Of a stretch of DNA of 48,770 nt, positions 1 to 9,994 are shown one piece after another. Every line of letters begins with the position of its first letter. The first letter of the stretch is position 1. A model generated the notes under the pieces. The model was given only the letters and a program-made list of their open reading frames with translations, was not told the origin of the DNA and did no database searches. Source of the stretch: a virus; the IMG/VR virus record IMGVR_UViG_3300006802_000085, positions 32,001-80,770 of that record, one strand, 5' to 3'. The position numbers and the translations under genes were made by a program.

Positions 1-2
1 CG

Positions 3-2804
3 ATGTCATGGCTCTCGCGATACTTCGACGTCAGCGGATGGGACGACGAGAAGGCGATGGCGGCGCTCAAGATGAGCGAGATTCTCAACGGGCTCAACCG
101 CCATGAGGAGGCTGGGGTCTGGGGGCACCGCGCGATCGGTGTCATGGAGGAGTGGGGCGAGGGCTACTTCGCGATCGCGAGGTCCTTCTACCACCGCGCG
201 ATCGCGGGGCAGAAGGGCGGCGACGTGCGGCGCAATTGGCAGCGGTGCGCGCACTTCGCGCGCGTCGGGCTGTCGATGCCGCCGACGAAAACGATGCTCT
301 TCGTCAACCCGCTGGAGCGCGAGGTCGACGCTCACGTCTATCTGACGATGGCGTACTCGCAACTCGGCGACGCGCGCAACGCGCTCAAGCACGCGAAGGA
401 AGCGCGCAAGGCCAACCCCGACGATCCGAACCTGGTCTACAACATGCGCACGTTCGAGCGTGCGGTAGCGGTCGATGATGTGTCGGCGGTGCTCGGGCGA
501 CTCGTCGCCATGGAGTTGCTGGCACCCGTGACGCGTGACCAAGTCCTCGCTGCGATCAACAACGGCGGCGGTGAGGCCGTCGGCGGGCACATGGTCGTCG
601 CGAAGCCCGCAACGTACCCGCGCGGTGTCCAAGAGCACCACTTCCCCCGCGCCCACGTCGCGCCCACGCCCCGCTCGTTCTCGATCCCCGAGCATGTGGA
701 CATCGACGACCTGCCCGTGCGCATGACCGACGGGCAGGTGGAGGCGGCAACCATCCTGCTCTGGAAAGAGATGCTGCTACACGATGAGGTGCTCGCCGCC
801 GAGCGCCTTCTCGCCGACGCCCCCTACCGCGTGAAGCACTCGCCCATCATCGAGAACGCGCTCGCGCGCACGCGTCGCATGACGGCGTGGATGGACAACG
901 CCGAGACCGAGCAGAAGTACAACGGACCCGAGGACCCGACGATCGAGAACGGTGTACCCATCGGCGAGCCGCTCGCGGGTCAGCTCCTCGATCGAAGCGA
1001 GATGGCGATCGCGGGCGTCGAGAAGGGCACGCGCGTCCTCGACCTCGGCTGCTTCGACGGCGGCATCGTCAACCGTTGGGCGCTCGACGGTCACGACGTG
1101 ACGGCGGTGGACCTCTGCGAGACCTCGATCGCGATGGCGCGGCGCGTGGCGGAGAAGCACAAGACCGGGGCCCGCTTCGTCTGCCGCAAGTTCGACGCGC
1201 TCACGATCGACGATCTCGGCAGCAGGCTCTTCGACCTCGTCACGTCGACGGACACGTACGAGCACCTGCGCGACCCCGTGAAGGACATGTTGCGCCCCGC
1301 GCGCAAGTGGCTTCGCCCCGGCGGAGTCATGCGCGTGTGTACGCCGCACGGGTCGTGGATGCGTGGCGAGTTCGTCGAGTGGGCGCATCCGTGGCGGTGG
1401 GCAGACGACGAAGGCAAATCGTGGAACTGCGATCTGCCGCACGCGCACCTCGTCGCGCCGACGCCGTGGACGGTGGCGGCGAACATGCGCGCCGCGGGCT
1501 TCCGCGTGCGCGACTGCTACGTGCGCCTCAACTCCGTCGCCGACGTACCCGGCCAGGGCAACGTCTTCTGCGAAGCCATCAACGCGCCCGCGCCCGCCGT
1601 CACCGATGGCTCGACGCGACTCGACATCGTTTTCGCTTGCGGCGACGCTTGGCAGGCGTGGAACCCGGAGATCATGCGCGCCGAGGGCATCGGCGGGAGC
1701 GAGACGATGGTGGTGCACATGGCGCGGCGCCTCGCCGCGCTCGGCCACCGCGTGCGCGTGTACACGAGCACGGGCCCGCACGGCGATGGCATCTTCGACG
1801 GCGTCGAGTACCGGCAGACCGAGCACCTGTTGAACGCGGGCGCGTGCGATGTCTTCGTCGCGTGGCGTAACGCCGCACTCTTCGACGCGCCCGTTGTTGC
1901 CGGGCTGCGCCTGCTCTGGGTGCATGACATCTTCGCGGGCGGCGGCGCGCACAAGAACTTGCTCCGCGCCGACCGTGTGCTTGCGCTGTCGCAGTGGCAC
2001 GCGGGCTTCGTCGTCGACCACCACAATTTGCCCAAGTCGCAGGTGCTCGTCACCCGCAACGGCATCGACTTCTCCCGCTTCACCCCGCGCGCCGAGATCG
2101 TGCGCGATCCCCACCGCGCCGTGTACTCGTCGAGCCCCGACCGCGGCTTGGCGGTGCTGCTCCAGGTGTGGCCGAAGATCCGCGAGCGCGTGCCCGACGC
2201 CAGCCTCGACGTCTACTACGGCTTTTTCAACTGGAGGAAGGCGGCAGAGGCGCGCAAGGACACGGAGCAGCTCCAGGTGATCGACGCCTTGGAGCAGATG
2301 CTCGTCGACCTCGCGCCGCACGGCGTGCGCTCACACGGGCGCGTGGACCAGGCCACGCTCGCGGACGCGTTCATGGGCGCGGGTGTGTGGGCGTACCCGA
2401 CGTGGTTCTCGGAAACGTCGTGCATCACCGCCATGGAGGCGCAGGCGGCGGGGCTCCGCATCGTCACGTCGTCCATCGCCGCGCTCAACGAGACCGTCGG
2501 CGCCGAGCGCCATGCCGTCGCCTACAACCACGCCGGGTACGGCGTGCTCATCGACGGCGACTGGATGAGCGACGAGTATCAAGCGCGATTCGTCGACGAG
2601 GTCGTGCGCGCCATGACCGCACCCGAAGGCGAGTGGCTCAAGACGCGCGAGGAGATCAAGGCGCGCGCCTTCCGCGACTTCGACCTCGACGAGTTGGCGG
2701 AGGCGTGGGTGGAGATGATGCGCGCGATGTTGGCCGAGATGCACGTGCACCCGCTCGTCCCCTACCAGCCGCGCGCGGACTTCGTGCGAAAGGAAGTGGC
2801 GTGA
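3..2804 (+). CDS. Multidomain glycosyltransferase: TPR-like helical repeats + class I SAM methyltransferase + GT-B/GT4 domain (probably 5'-truncated by the window)
   Basis: VLDLGCFDG SAM motif and YEHLRDP; GIGGSE, LWVHD, TRNGID, SSSPDRGL and ETSCITAMEAQAAG GT4 motifs; N-terminal TPR-like helices. Confidence 0.85.
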   Translation: MSWLSRYFDVSGWDDEKAMAALKMSEILNGLNRHEEAGVWGHRAIGVMEEWGEGYFAIARSFYHRAIAGQKGGDVRRNWQRCAHFARVGLSMPPTKTMLFVNPLEREVDAHVYLTMAYSQLGDARNALKHAKEARKANPDDPNLVYNMRTFERAVAVDDVSAVLGRLVAMELLAPVTRDQVLAAINNGGGEAVGGHMVVAKPATYPRGVQEHHFPRAHVAPTPRSFSIPEHVDIDDLPVRMTDGQVEAATILLWKEMLLHDEVLAAERLLADAPYRVKHSPIIENALARTRRMTAWMDNAETEQKYNGPEDPTIENGVPIGEPLAGQLLDRSEMAIAGVEKGTRVLDLGCFDGGIVNRWALDGHDVTAVDLCETSIAMARRVAEKHKTGARFVCRKFDALTIDDLGSRLFDLVTSTDTYEHLRDPVKDMLRPARKWLRPGGVMRVCTPHGSWMRGEFVEWAHPWRWADDEGKSWNCDLPHAHLVAPTPWTVAANMRAAGFRVRDCYVRLNSVADVPGQGNVFCEAINAPAPAVTDGSTRLDIVFACGDAWQAWNPEIMRAEGIGGSETMVVHMARRLAALGHRVRVYTSTGPHGDGIFDGVEYRQTEHLLNAGACDVFVAWRNAALFDAPVVAGLRLLWVHDIFAGGGAHKNLLRADRVLALSQWHAGFVVDHHNLPKSQVLVTRNGIDFSRFTPRAEIVRDPHRAVYSSSPDRGLAVLLQVWPKIRERVPDASLDVYYGFFNWRKAAEARKDTEQLQVIDALEQMLVDLAPHGVRSHGRVDQATLADAFMGAGVWAYPTWFSETSCITAMEAQAAGLRIVTSSIAALNETVGAERHAVAYNHAGYGVLIDGDWMSDEYQARFVDEVVRAMTAPEGEWLKTREEIKARAFRDFDLDELAEAWVEMMRAMLAEMHVHPLVPYQPRADFVRKEVA

Positions 2805-2880
2805 CCGTCACCGCCCCGATGGCGGTCACGGTGCACCAACCTTCGGCGGCTCGGCGCCGTCGCTTCGCGAAAGGCGTGAG

Positions 2881-4083
2881 ATGAAGATCGCATTCCTGTA
2901 CGGTAAGTTCTCGGTGGGCGGGCGCCCGCTCGACTTCGACAACCTGTTCACGTCCTCGCGCGGGCTCACGGGCTCGGAGCTGAGTTGCCTGGAGTACGCG
3001 CGCGGGATGAAGGCGCGCGGTCACGACGTGATGCTCGTCGTCGGCCAGGAGATGGAGCCGCGCGAATGGGAGGGGATCGCCGTGCACCCGCTCCGCAACC
3101 CGCACATCGTCGACGGGTGCGACGTCGTCTACTCGTGGAATGAGCCAGACCTCCTGCGCGAGATCAGCCCCGGACCGGTGCGCGTTGTCAACCAACAGCT
3201 CAACGACTTCGACTACTGCCGCCCGGGCTGGGAAGAGTTCGTCGACGTCGTCACTAGCCCTTGCGATCACCACCGCGTGTATCTCACCCGTCACGCCCCG
3301 GGCGTGCGCGCGTGGGCGGTGGTGCCGAACGGGTGCGACCCCACGCAGTACACCGCCGACGACAGCACGCGAGTCGAGGGGCGCGTCGTCTGGGCGTCGA
3401 GCGCGGACCGCGGACTTCACCGGTTGCTGGAGGTGTGGCCGCTCGTCAAGGAGTACGTTCCGCACGCGACGCTCAAGGCGTTCTACAACTTTCAACCCGC
3501 GCACTTCGACGAGTACGAGCAGGCGGGCGGCAACGTACACCCGGACTTGTTGGAGATCGCGCAGCGCAAGCGGTACATCCGCTATGCCATCGACAAGCTG
3601 AGTAACCCACGGTGGGGCGTCGAGCATGTGGGTTCGGTGAGCCGCGAGCGCATGCGCGAGGAGTGGTCGCGCGCGCAGGTGCTCGGCTACTCCTGCGAGA
3701 CCATCCGCTACACCGAGGGCTTCAGCGTCACGTCGATGGAGGCGTGCGCGAGTGGGTGCTTGCCCGTGCTCACCGACGTCGATTCGCTCGGCACCATCTA
3801 CGGCGCCGCCGCGCCGATGGTGAAGCTCAAGGGCGGGCAGTTCGACCGCACCACGCTCCGCGTCTTCGCCGACTTCGTGGTGCGTGGGCTCACCGACGCC
3901 GACTGGCGAGCGAAGCAGGTGGCGAAGACGCGCGCGCTCGCCGACGAGTACGCATGGCCGGTGCTCTGCGAGCGTCTGGACACGATGCTCTCTACGCTCG
4001 TAACCGGGCACCGCCTGCTGCCGACGACCGACAACAACCGAGCGACCGACAACACGTTCCGCCAGGAGGAGGCTTCGCAATGA
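2881..4083 (+). CDS. GT4-family glycosyltransferase
   Basis: GLTGSE, VPNGCD, WASSADRGL, EGFSVTSMEACASG (EX7E) motifs; paralogous to the GT domain of the upstream gene. Confidence 0.85.
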   Translation: MKIAFLYGKFSVGGRPLDFDNLFTSSRGLTGSELSCLEYARGMKARGHDVMLVVGQEMEPREWEGIAVHPLRNPHIVDGCDVVYSWNEPDLLREISPGPVRVVNQQLNDFDYCRPGWEEFVDVVTSPCDHHRVYLTRHAPGVRAWAVVPNGCDPTQYTADDSTRVEGRVVWASSADRGLHRLLEVWPLVKEYVPHATLKAFYNFQPAHFDEYEQAGGNVHPDLLEIAQRKRYIRYAIDKLSNPRWGVEHVGSVSRERMREEWSRAQVLGYSCETIRYTEGFSVTSMEACASGCLPVLTDVDSLGTIYGAAAPMVKLKGGQFDRTTLRVFADFVVRGLTDADWRAKQVAKTRALADEYAWPVLCERLDTMLSTLVTGHRLLPTTDNNRATDNTFRQEEASQ

Positions 4084-4544
4084 CCATGACCCATGAGGAC
4101 TACATCGCCGCGGTCGAGCGCGGCGACTTCGCCGACCTACCCGCGCGCGTGCCCATGCGCGAAGACGCGTTCGGCGACAGCCGCGGCGCGATCGAGAACG
4201 TGCTGGTCACGCCGGTCTCGCACGTCTCCTTCATCCACAGCGTCCGCGGCAGCGTGCGCGCGAACCACTGGCACCGCACCGACTGGCACTTCACGCGGGT
4301 GTTGCGCGGCGCCGTGCTCTACTTCCACCGGGCCGTCGGCTCCGCCCGCCTGCCCGAGGGCGAGTTGTTCCTGCCGGGGGCGATGTTCTTCACGCCCCCG
4401 AACCGCGAGCACGCGATGCTCTTCACCGCCGACTCGGAGATCATGACCTTCGCCCGCAACGTGCGCACGCACGACGAGCACGAGGCCGACGTCGTCCGCG
4501 TCGACTTCGTCACCCCGGAAGTCGCAGCGCGATGTCTGCCGTGA
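4080..4544 (+). CDS. Cupin-fold NDP-sugar epimerase/isomerase (RmlC/WxcM-like)
   Basis: ATG overlaps upstream stop (ATGA), SD GGAGG; DSRGAI and GSVRANHWH...PPNREHAM cupin motifs. Confidence 0.7.
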   Translation: MTMTHEDYIAAVERGDFADLPARVPMREDAFGDSRGAIENVLVTPVSHVSFIHSVRGSVRANHWHRTDWHFTRVLRGAVLYFHRAVGSARLPEGELFLPGAMFFTPPNREHAMLFTADSEIMTFARNVRTHDEHEADVVRVDFVTPEVAARCLP

Positions 4545-5845
4545 GCTACACCGAGCGCGCGACGTGTCGGTTGTGCGGCACCGAGTTCGCGCCGGGGCTA
4601 CCGCACCCGCAGGCCGCGGCCCTCCTCGACTTCGGCTGCACCCCGCTCGCGAACGCGTTCCTGCGTGAGCCCGGTCCGGCCGAGACATACCCGCTGTACA
4701 TCGTCGCGTGCCCATCGTGCGACCACGTGCAGCTCCCGGTCGTCGTCGACCCCGAGAAGCTCTTCGGCGACTACGTCTACGTCAGCGGCACGAGCCCAGT
4801 CTTCGTCGAGCACTTCCGCACGTTGTTCGGGTCTCAGGTTCCGTTCGTGCGTAGGGGCGACCTCGTCGTCGACATCGGCTCGAACGACGGCACGCTGCTC
4901 AAGATGTTCAAGGGCGTGGGTGCGCGCGTGATCGGTGTCGACCCCGCCCGCGACATCGCCGCGCGCGCGACGTCCGAGGGCGTCCCTACCCTGCCCATGT
5001 TCTTCAACGCCGTGGTCGCGCAGTCCGTACTTCGCGACCACGGCTGCGCGCGCCTCATCACCGCTAACAACGTCTTCGCGCACGCCGACGATCTCGCCGC
5101 CATCGCGACGGCGGTGCACGAGCTACTCGCGTTCGACGGCCGCTTCGTCTTCGAAGTCCAGTACCTCGGCGATCTCATCGACCGCGGGCACTGGGACAAC
5201 ATCTACCACGAGCATACTTCCTACCATCACATCGCTCCGCTCACGCGCTTTCTCTCCGCGCACGGGCTCACGCTCACGCGCGTCGAGCGAGTAGAGACGC
5301 ACGGCGGATCGATCCGGTGCACCGCCGTGAAGTCGATCGCGTTCGGCGTGCGACCGCTGCACGCGCAGCCTTTGCGGTTGCCGGAGATGAGCGACGAGCT
5401 GCGTGCGCGCGACGCCCGCCTGACCGGCACCGCGCTTCGCGACGAGCTGCGTGCGATCGCCGACGACATCGGGGAGAAGCGTATCGCGTTCGAGTCCGCG
5501 TTCAGGCCCGGCGAGACCGTGGTGGGGTACGGCGCGCCCGCGAAGGCGACGACGCTCCTGTACGCGCTCGGCATCGCCGCCCGCTTCGCGTACATCGTCG
5601 ACGACTCGGCGTTCAAGCAGGGGCGGTTCATGCCCGAGGGGCGCATCCCCGTGGGGCCAAGCACCGCGATCTTCGGCGACGGCGTGTTCGCGCCGCACGT
5701 CGTCGTCGTCCTCGCCTGGAACTTCGCCGACGCGATCGTCAAGCGACTCGCGCCCTTCCTCGAAGGAGGCGCCGGGCGGCGCGTGATCGTCCCTGCCCCG
5801 CACTTCAAGACCATCGAATCGCCTCTCACCGAGAACGAGGACTGA
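4532..5845 (+). CDS. NDP-hexose C-methyltransferase (Zn-binding N-terminus + SAM domain + C-methyltransferase C-terminal domain)
   Basis: CRLCG...TPLANAFL...YPL..CPSC..HVQL; VVDIGSNDG; NVFAH; YHEH; THGGSIR; VGYGAPAKA; VLAWNFA. Confidence 0.9.
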   Translation: MSAVSYTERATCRLCGTEFAPGLPHPQAAALLDFGCTPLANAFLREPGPAETYPLYIVACPSCDHVQLPVVVDPEKLFGDYVYVSGTSPVFVEHFRTLFGSQVPFVRRGDLVVDIGSNDGTLLKMFKGVGARVIGVDPARDIAARATSEGVPTLPMFFNAVVAQSVLRDHGCARLITANNVFAHADDLAAIATAVHELLAFDGRFVFEVQYLGDLIDRGHWDNIYHEHTSYHHIAPLTRFLSAHGLTLTRVERVETHGGSIRCTAVKSIAFGVRPLHAQPLRLPEMSDELRARDARLTGTALRDELRAIADDIGEKRIAFESAFRPGETVVGYGAPAKATTLLYALGIAARFAYIVDDSAFKQGRFMPEGRIPVGPSTAIFGDGVFAPHVVVVLAWNFADAIVKRLAPFLEGGAGRRVIVPAPHFKTIESPLTENED

Positions 5846-5849
5846 CCCC

Positions 5850-6929
5850 ATGCTCGACACCGACATCGACGAGATCATCGACCTGCTCCCGCGCGCGCTT
5901 TGGGACAGGTTCAGCGGTAAGCGCGTGCTCATCACCGGCAGCCGCGGCTTCCTCGGCCGGTACTTCGTGCGCACGTTCGTGCGCCTCAACGAGCGCACAC
6001 CCTACGGCAAGCCGCCGGTGGAGGTGCTGTCGATCGACAACCTCGTGAGCGCGGGCCCGTACGGCGAGGCCGAACACGACTACCCGCACATCGCCTTCGT
6101 CAACCACGACGTGACCAAGTCGTTCAAGCCTGAGAAGCCGGTCGACTTCATCCTGCACTGCGCGGGCATCGCCTCGCCCGCGTGGTACCGCAAGTACCCG
6201 GTCGAGACATACTCGGTGTCGATCGCGGGCACGCGCAACGTGCTCGACATCGCCAACGCCAGCCGCGACGCCGGGCGCGACTGCCGCATGCTCTTCTTCT
6301 CGTCGAGCGAGATCTACGGCGACCCCGACGCCGCGCACGTGCCGACAGCCGAGAGCTATCGCGGCAACGTGGCGTGTCATGGCCCGCGCGCCTGCTACGA
6401 CATCGGCAAGCGTGCGGGTGAGATGATGGTGCACGTCGAGCATCAGCTCCACGGCACGCACGCGATGTGCGTGCGCCCGTTCAACTTCTTCGGCCCGGGG
6501 ATGCAGCGCACCGACTACCGCGTGCTCCCGAACTTCGCCGCGCGCTGGGTGGACGGGCAACCGCTCCACGTCTACGGCACGGGCAAGCAGACGCGCACGT
6601 ACTGCTACGTGACCGACGGCATCCGCGGCTGCATCCAGGCGCTACTCGAAGGCGTAGCGGGCGAGCCCTACAACATCGGCAACCCCACGCCCGAGATCAG
6701 CGTGCTCGACCTCGCGCAGAAGGTGGCGGAGATCACGGGTACGCCGCTCGTCAGCGACACCGTCGAGCACCCGGATACGTACCCCGCCGACGAGCCGCAG
6801 CGGCGGTGCCCCGACATCACCAAGGCGCAGGCGCAGCTCGGGTACGCGCCGCAGGTCAAGCTCGACGACGGCCTGCGCCGCTTCTTCGGTTGGGCCGAGA
6901 CCGCGTTCCGCGAGCAGGCGCGGCGATGA
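5850..6929 (+). CDS. NAD-dependent sugar epimerase/dehydratase, UDP-glucuronate decarboxylase-like
   Basis: ITGSRGFLG, HCAGIASP, SSSEIYGDP, GPRACYDIGKR (YxxxK), GKQTRTYCYVTD, DEPQRRCPDI. Confidence 0.9.
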   Translation: MLDTDIDEIIDLLPRALWDRFSGKRVLITGSRGFLGRYFVRTFVRLNERTPYGKPPVEVLSIDNLVSAGPYGEAEHDYPHIAFVNHDVTKSFKPEKPVDFILHCAGIASPAWYRKYPVETYSVSIAGTRNVLDIANASRDAGRDCRMLFFSSSEIYGDPDAAHVPTAESYRGNVACHGPRACYDIGKRAGEMMVHVEHQLHGTHAMCVRPFNFFGPGMQRTDYRVLPNFAARWVDGQPLHVYGTGKQTRTYCYVTDGIRGCIQALLEGVAGEPYNIGNPTPEISVLDLAQKVAEITGTPLVSDTVEHPDTYPADEPQRRCPDITKAQAQLGYAPQVKLDDGLRRFFGWAETAFREQARR

Positions 6930-7903
6930 CCACGTGCCCGCCGCCCCCTTCGTTCGTGGCGCCGTCGCCGCCCGTACGCCTCGGCCTCATCGGCGCCGGG
7001 GCGTGGGGGTGGCGGTACGTGCCCGCGGCGGAGGCGAGCGGTGTGGCGCGCGTCACCCACGTCGCGCGGTGGGGCGGCGCACCGCCGGAGGCGACGTCGC
7101 ACCTCACCCCGCTCACGCGCGTGAGCGACTGGCGCGAGATGCTCGGCGCACCCGTCGATGCCATCGTCTGCGCCGCGCCTCCGCACGCGCACGAAAGCAT
7201 CTGCACCTTCTTCCTGAACAACATGCGCCCGGTCATGTGCGAGAAGCCGATGACGCTCTCGCGCGCCGCTGCCGACCACGTGACCGCGTGCGCGCGTGAA
7301 TCGGGCGTACCGTTCTTGGTCAACCATCAGCACCTGTTCTCGGCCGCGTACGAGGAGCTGTTCGAACGCACTGCCCACGACTCCTCGCTACACGTGGTCT
7401 CGTACGGTGGCGGCGACGTCACCGCCCCGCGCTCGTACTCCGCGCTCTGGGACGTGGGCGCGCACGACGCCGCGATGGCGGTCGGTCTCATCGGTTCGCT
7501 CGCGGGCGAGGTGCGCGTGGTCTCGGCGTCGCTCAACGGCGGGCTGTTTCGCTTCGCGCTCGAAGGCGCGCAGGGGCAGTCGATGTCGCACGTCTGGCGC
7601 GGACCCCCGCGGCGCCGCCGTCTCTCGGTCACGACGTCGCAGCGACACTACGTCTACGACCCCCTGCGCGAGGGCGCGACCTTGAGCGTGGCGCAGTGCC
7701 TGCGCGACCTGGTCGACCCCACGCCGGTACCGCTCGCGTATGAGCCGCCGCTCACGCGCGCCGTCCGCGTCTTCGCCACGGCGGTGCGTACGGGGCGTGA
7801 GGATTGGCGATTCGTTCCCGAGTTCGCGTACCGCGTCGTCGACGTACTTGCCCGCGTCGAAAGTGCGTTTGGGTTGGAGGGGTTGGAGGGGTCGGTGCGG
7901 TGA
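6926..7903 (+). CDS. Gfo/Idh/MocA-family oxidoreductase
   Basis: LGLIGAGAWG, DAIVCAAPPHAH, CEKPM, LWDVGAHD; ATG overlaps upstream stop. Confidence 0.85.
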   Translation: MTTCPPPPSFVAPSPPVRLGLIGAGAWGWRYVPAAEASGVARVTHVARWGGAPPEATSHLTPLTRVSDWREMLGAPVDAIVCAAPPHAHESICTFFLNNMRPVMCEKPMTLSRAAADHVTACARESGVPFLVNHQHLFSAAYEELFERTAHDSSLHVVSYGGGDVTAPRSYSALWDVGAHDAAMAVGLIGSLAGEVRVVSASLNGGLFRFALEGAQGQSMSHVWRGPPRRRRLSVTTSQRHYVYDPLREGATLSVAQCLRDLVDPTPVPLAYEPPLTRAVRVFATAVRTGREDWRFVPEFAYRVVDVLARVESAFGLEGLEGSVR

Positions 7904-7949
7904 GGTGATGGGGGCGCATACGTTGCGGTAACGAAGGAGAACTCAGACG

Positions 7950-9083
7950 ATGGGCGACAACGGAGACAAGTTGGTACCGGCGAAGCAGACGCTACTCACG
8001 CCCGAACAGTTCGCGCGGGCGGCGATCTCAAACTGGCACGTGGTCGGCGAAGGCGTGCCGAGCAAGCGCGCGCTCGCCGTGCTCTGGGCGCAGTACATGA
8101 TCGAGACCGGGAACCGCTACGTCTGGAACTACAACCTCGGCAACACCAAGGACGTGCCCGGCGACGGCATCGACTTTCACGCGCTCCGCGGCACATGGGA
8201 GGGTGTCTCACAAGCCGAGGCGAACCGCTTGATCTCGGCAGGGCTCGCGACGCTCGACACGAACGCGAACCACATCAAGGCCGTGGCTCCGCGCATCGCC
8301 GTAGTCTTCCAGCCGCCGCACCCCGCCACGCGCTTCTCCGCGTTCCCCGACCTCGACGCTGGGATGTCGTACTACCTCAAGCTCTTGGCCACGACGAAGT
8401 TCCGCACGGCGTGGCCGCTCGTGCTGCTCGGCGACTACCGCGGGTTCGCCAACGCGCTCAAGGCGCGCGGGTACTTCACGGCGTCGGCGAAGGCGTACGC
8501 CGACGGCATGAGTGGGCCCTTCAACGTCTTCATGAAGTCAGGTGCGTACGAGGCCGCGATGGCAGCGACACCGTCGGCCGTGCTCGCCGTGGCCGAGAGC
8601 GCAACCGCGGGCCTGAACCACTGCGGCCTCGTCGACGTGACCGATGACGACGGCGTGGTATGGGAGGTCGCGCCCATCTACGTCGCGCCCACCGCCATCG
8701 GCGACGCGAAGAAAGCCGTCGTCGCACTCGGCTACGAGCTGCCGACGCCCGCGCTCGTCGACGCGATCTGGCGCGCTGCCGATCTGAAGATCAACGGATG
8801 GGACATCGCGGGCGCGGTCCACCACAACGGACGCCCGGAGACGATGGACTCGGCCGACGCGCATGCCGCGGTCGCTGCGAAGATCGAGTCGTTGGTCGGA
8901 GCGCATGGGCCTTACCGCCTGCTCGCGGGCGCGTTCAAGGACGTGGTCGAAGTCGATGGGAAGCTTGGGCTCTACGGCTGGCACGACGTGAAGGGTACGC
9001 CGATTCAGAGTCTCTACACCAAGCACGCGCTGACGTGGCGCGACTACTCGCAGGGCTACCGCCTCGTGCGACGGAAGCCGTGA
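7950..9083 (+). CDS. Putative endolysin: GH73/glucosaminidase-like domain + uncharacterised C-terminal domain
   Basis: AQYMIETG...NYNLGNTK, FSAFPDL..G...Y, ALKARGYFTA..Y pattern typical of GH73; SD AAGGAG. Confidence 0.65.
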   Translation: MGDNGDKLVPAKQTLLTPEQFARAAISNWHVVGEGVPSKRALAVLWAQYMIETGNRYVWNYNLGNTKDVPGDGIDFHALRGTWEGVSQAEANRLISAGLATLDTNANHIKAVAPRIAVVFQPPHPATRFSAFPDLDAGMSYYLKLLATTKFRTAWPLVLLGDYRGFANALKARGYFTASAKAYADGMSGPFNVFMKSGAYEAAMAATPSAVLAVAESATAGLNHCGLVDVTDDDGVVWEVAPIYVAPTAIGDAKKAVVALGYELPTPALVDAIWRAADLKINGWDIAGAVHHNGRPETMDSADAHAAVAAKIESLVGAHGPYRLLAGAFKDVVEVDGKLGLYGWHDVKGTPIQSLYTKHALTWRDYSQGYRLVRRKP

Positions 9084-9994
9084 TGCTGGCGATGACCATC
9101 TCGTCCGGAGAAGAGAAGCTGTATCGGCTGCCGCAGACGCATGTGGCCGTGCTGCAGTACGTCGCCACGGGGCAGACCGAGAGTGACGCCGGGGTGCGCT
9201 GCCGCGACTTCGAGGACTTCACGCTCTCGGCGAGCGCGCCCGACATCGACGTCGACGGCTACGTGCATCATCTGCACGTGCTAGAGCGATGGTGCGACCG
9301 CGCTGAGGTGTGGGCCGGGCTCGACCCCACGCGACCGAAGTGGGCTCGCCGCGTAGGCCGGTGCCGTCGTGCGCTCGCGCGCATGCGCGAGCGTGGGGTG
9401 GGGAGGTCGGCGGACGTGCTCATGGTCGCGCATGGGTACCCCGATGCTATCGTTCGCCAGATCCCGGAGCTGGCGCAGATGCGCGAGGCGCCGATCGCTT
9501 CCTTGGTCCGGTACACCGACGTCGTCGAACGCCATCGGCAAGCGATGGTCGATCGCGAAGTCGGGGTCGAGATGCGGTGGCACATGACCCGCGCCGCGCT
9601 CCGCCCCGAGCAAGGGCCAGCCACGCCCCCTGGTTGGCGCGTGGTGGCGTTTTCGCGCCCGGCGGCGGGGGCGGGCCCTGTCGTGGACATTGCCGCCTAC
9701 AGCGGGCGGCTACGCGCCGCCGCGGCCCGGCGCCGGCACCTAGACCTCGTCGTCAGTAGCGCCGACGCCCTACGCGATGCGCTCTCACCAGCCGATGAGA
9801 GCATGCCCGTGCAGGCGCCGGGGGAGCCCGCGCACGAGTACCATGCCCGAGTCGCCGAGCGTGGCGAGCGCCGCCGACGCTCGCGCGAGGCCCGCGCCGC
9901 GTTCGTGACTCAGGCGCGCATCGAAGCTATGCGCATGTTGTCCGCTGCCGAAGCGGACTATTACACGGCGTGGTCTGCGGTGGGGTGGCGATGA
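9083..9994 (+). CDS. Hypothetical protein
   Basis: ATG overlaps upstream stop (TGATG); open frame to 9994. Confidence 0.55.
   Translation: MLAMTISSGEEKLYRLPQTHVAVLQYVATGQTESDAGVRCRDFEDFTLSASAPDIDVDGYVHHLHVLERWCDRAEVWAGLDPTRPKWARRVGRCRRALARMRERGVGRSADVLMVAHGYPDAIVRQIPELAQMREAPIASLVRYTDVVERHRQAMVDREVGVEMRWHMTRAALRPEQGPATPPGWRVVAFSRPAAGAGPVVDIAAYSGRLRAAAARRRHLDLVVSSADALRDALSPADESMPVQAPGEPAHEYHARVAERGERRRRSREARAAFVTQARIEAMRMLSAAEADYYTAWSAVGWR

Noticed and set aside
2801-2884. 27-codon coupled mini-ORF with a hairpin between the two GT genes
   Set aside because: Too short to support; may only couple translation
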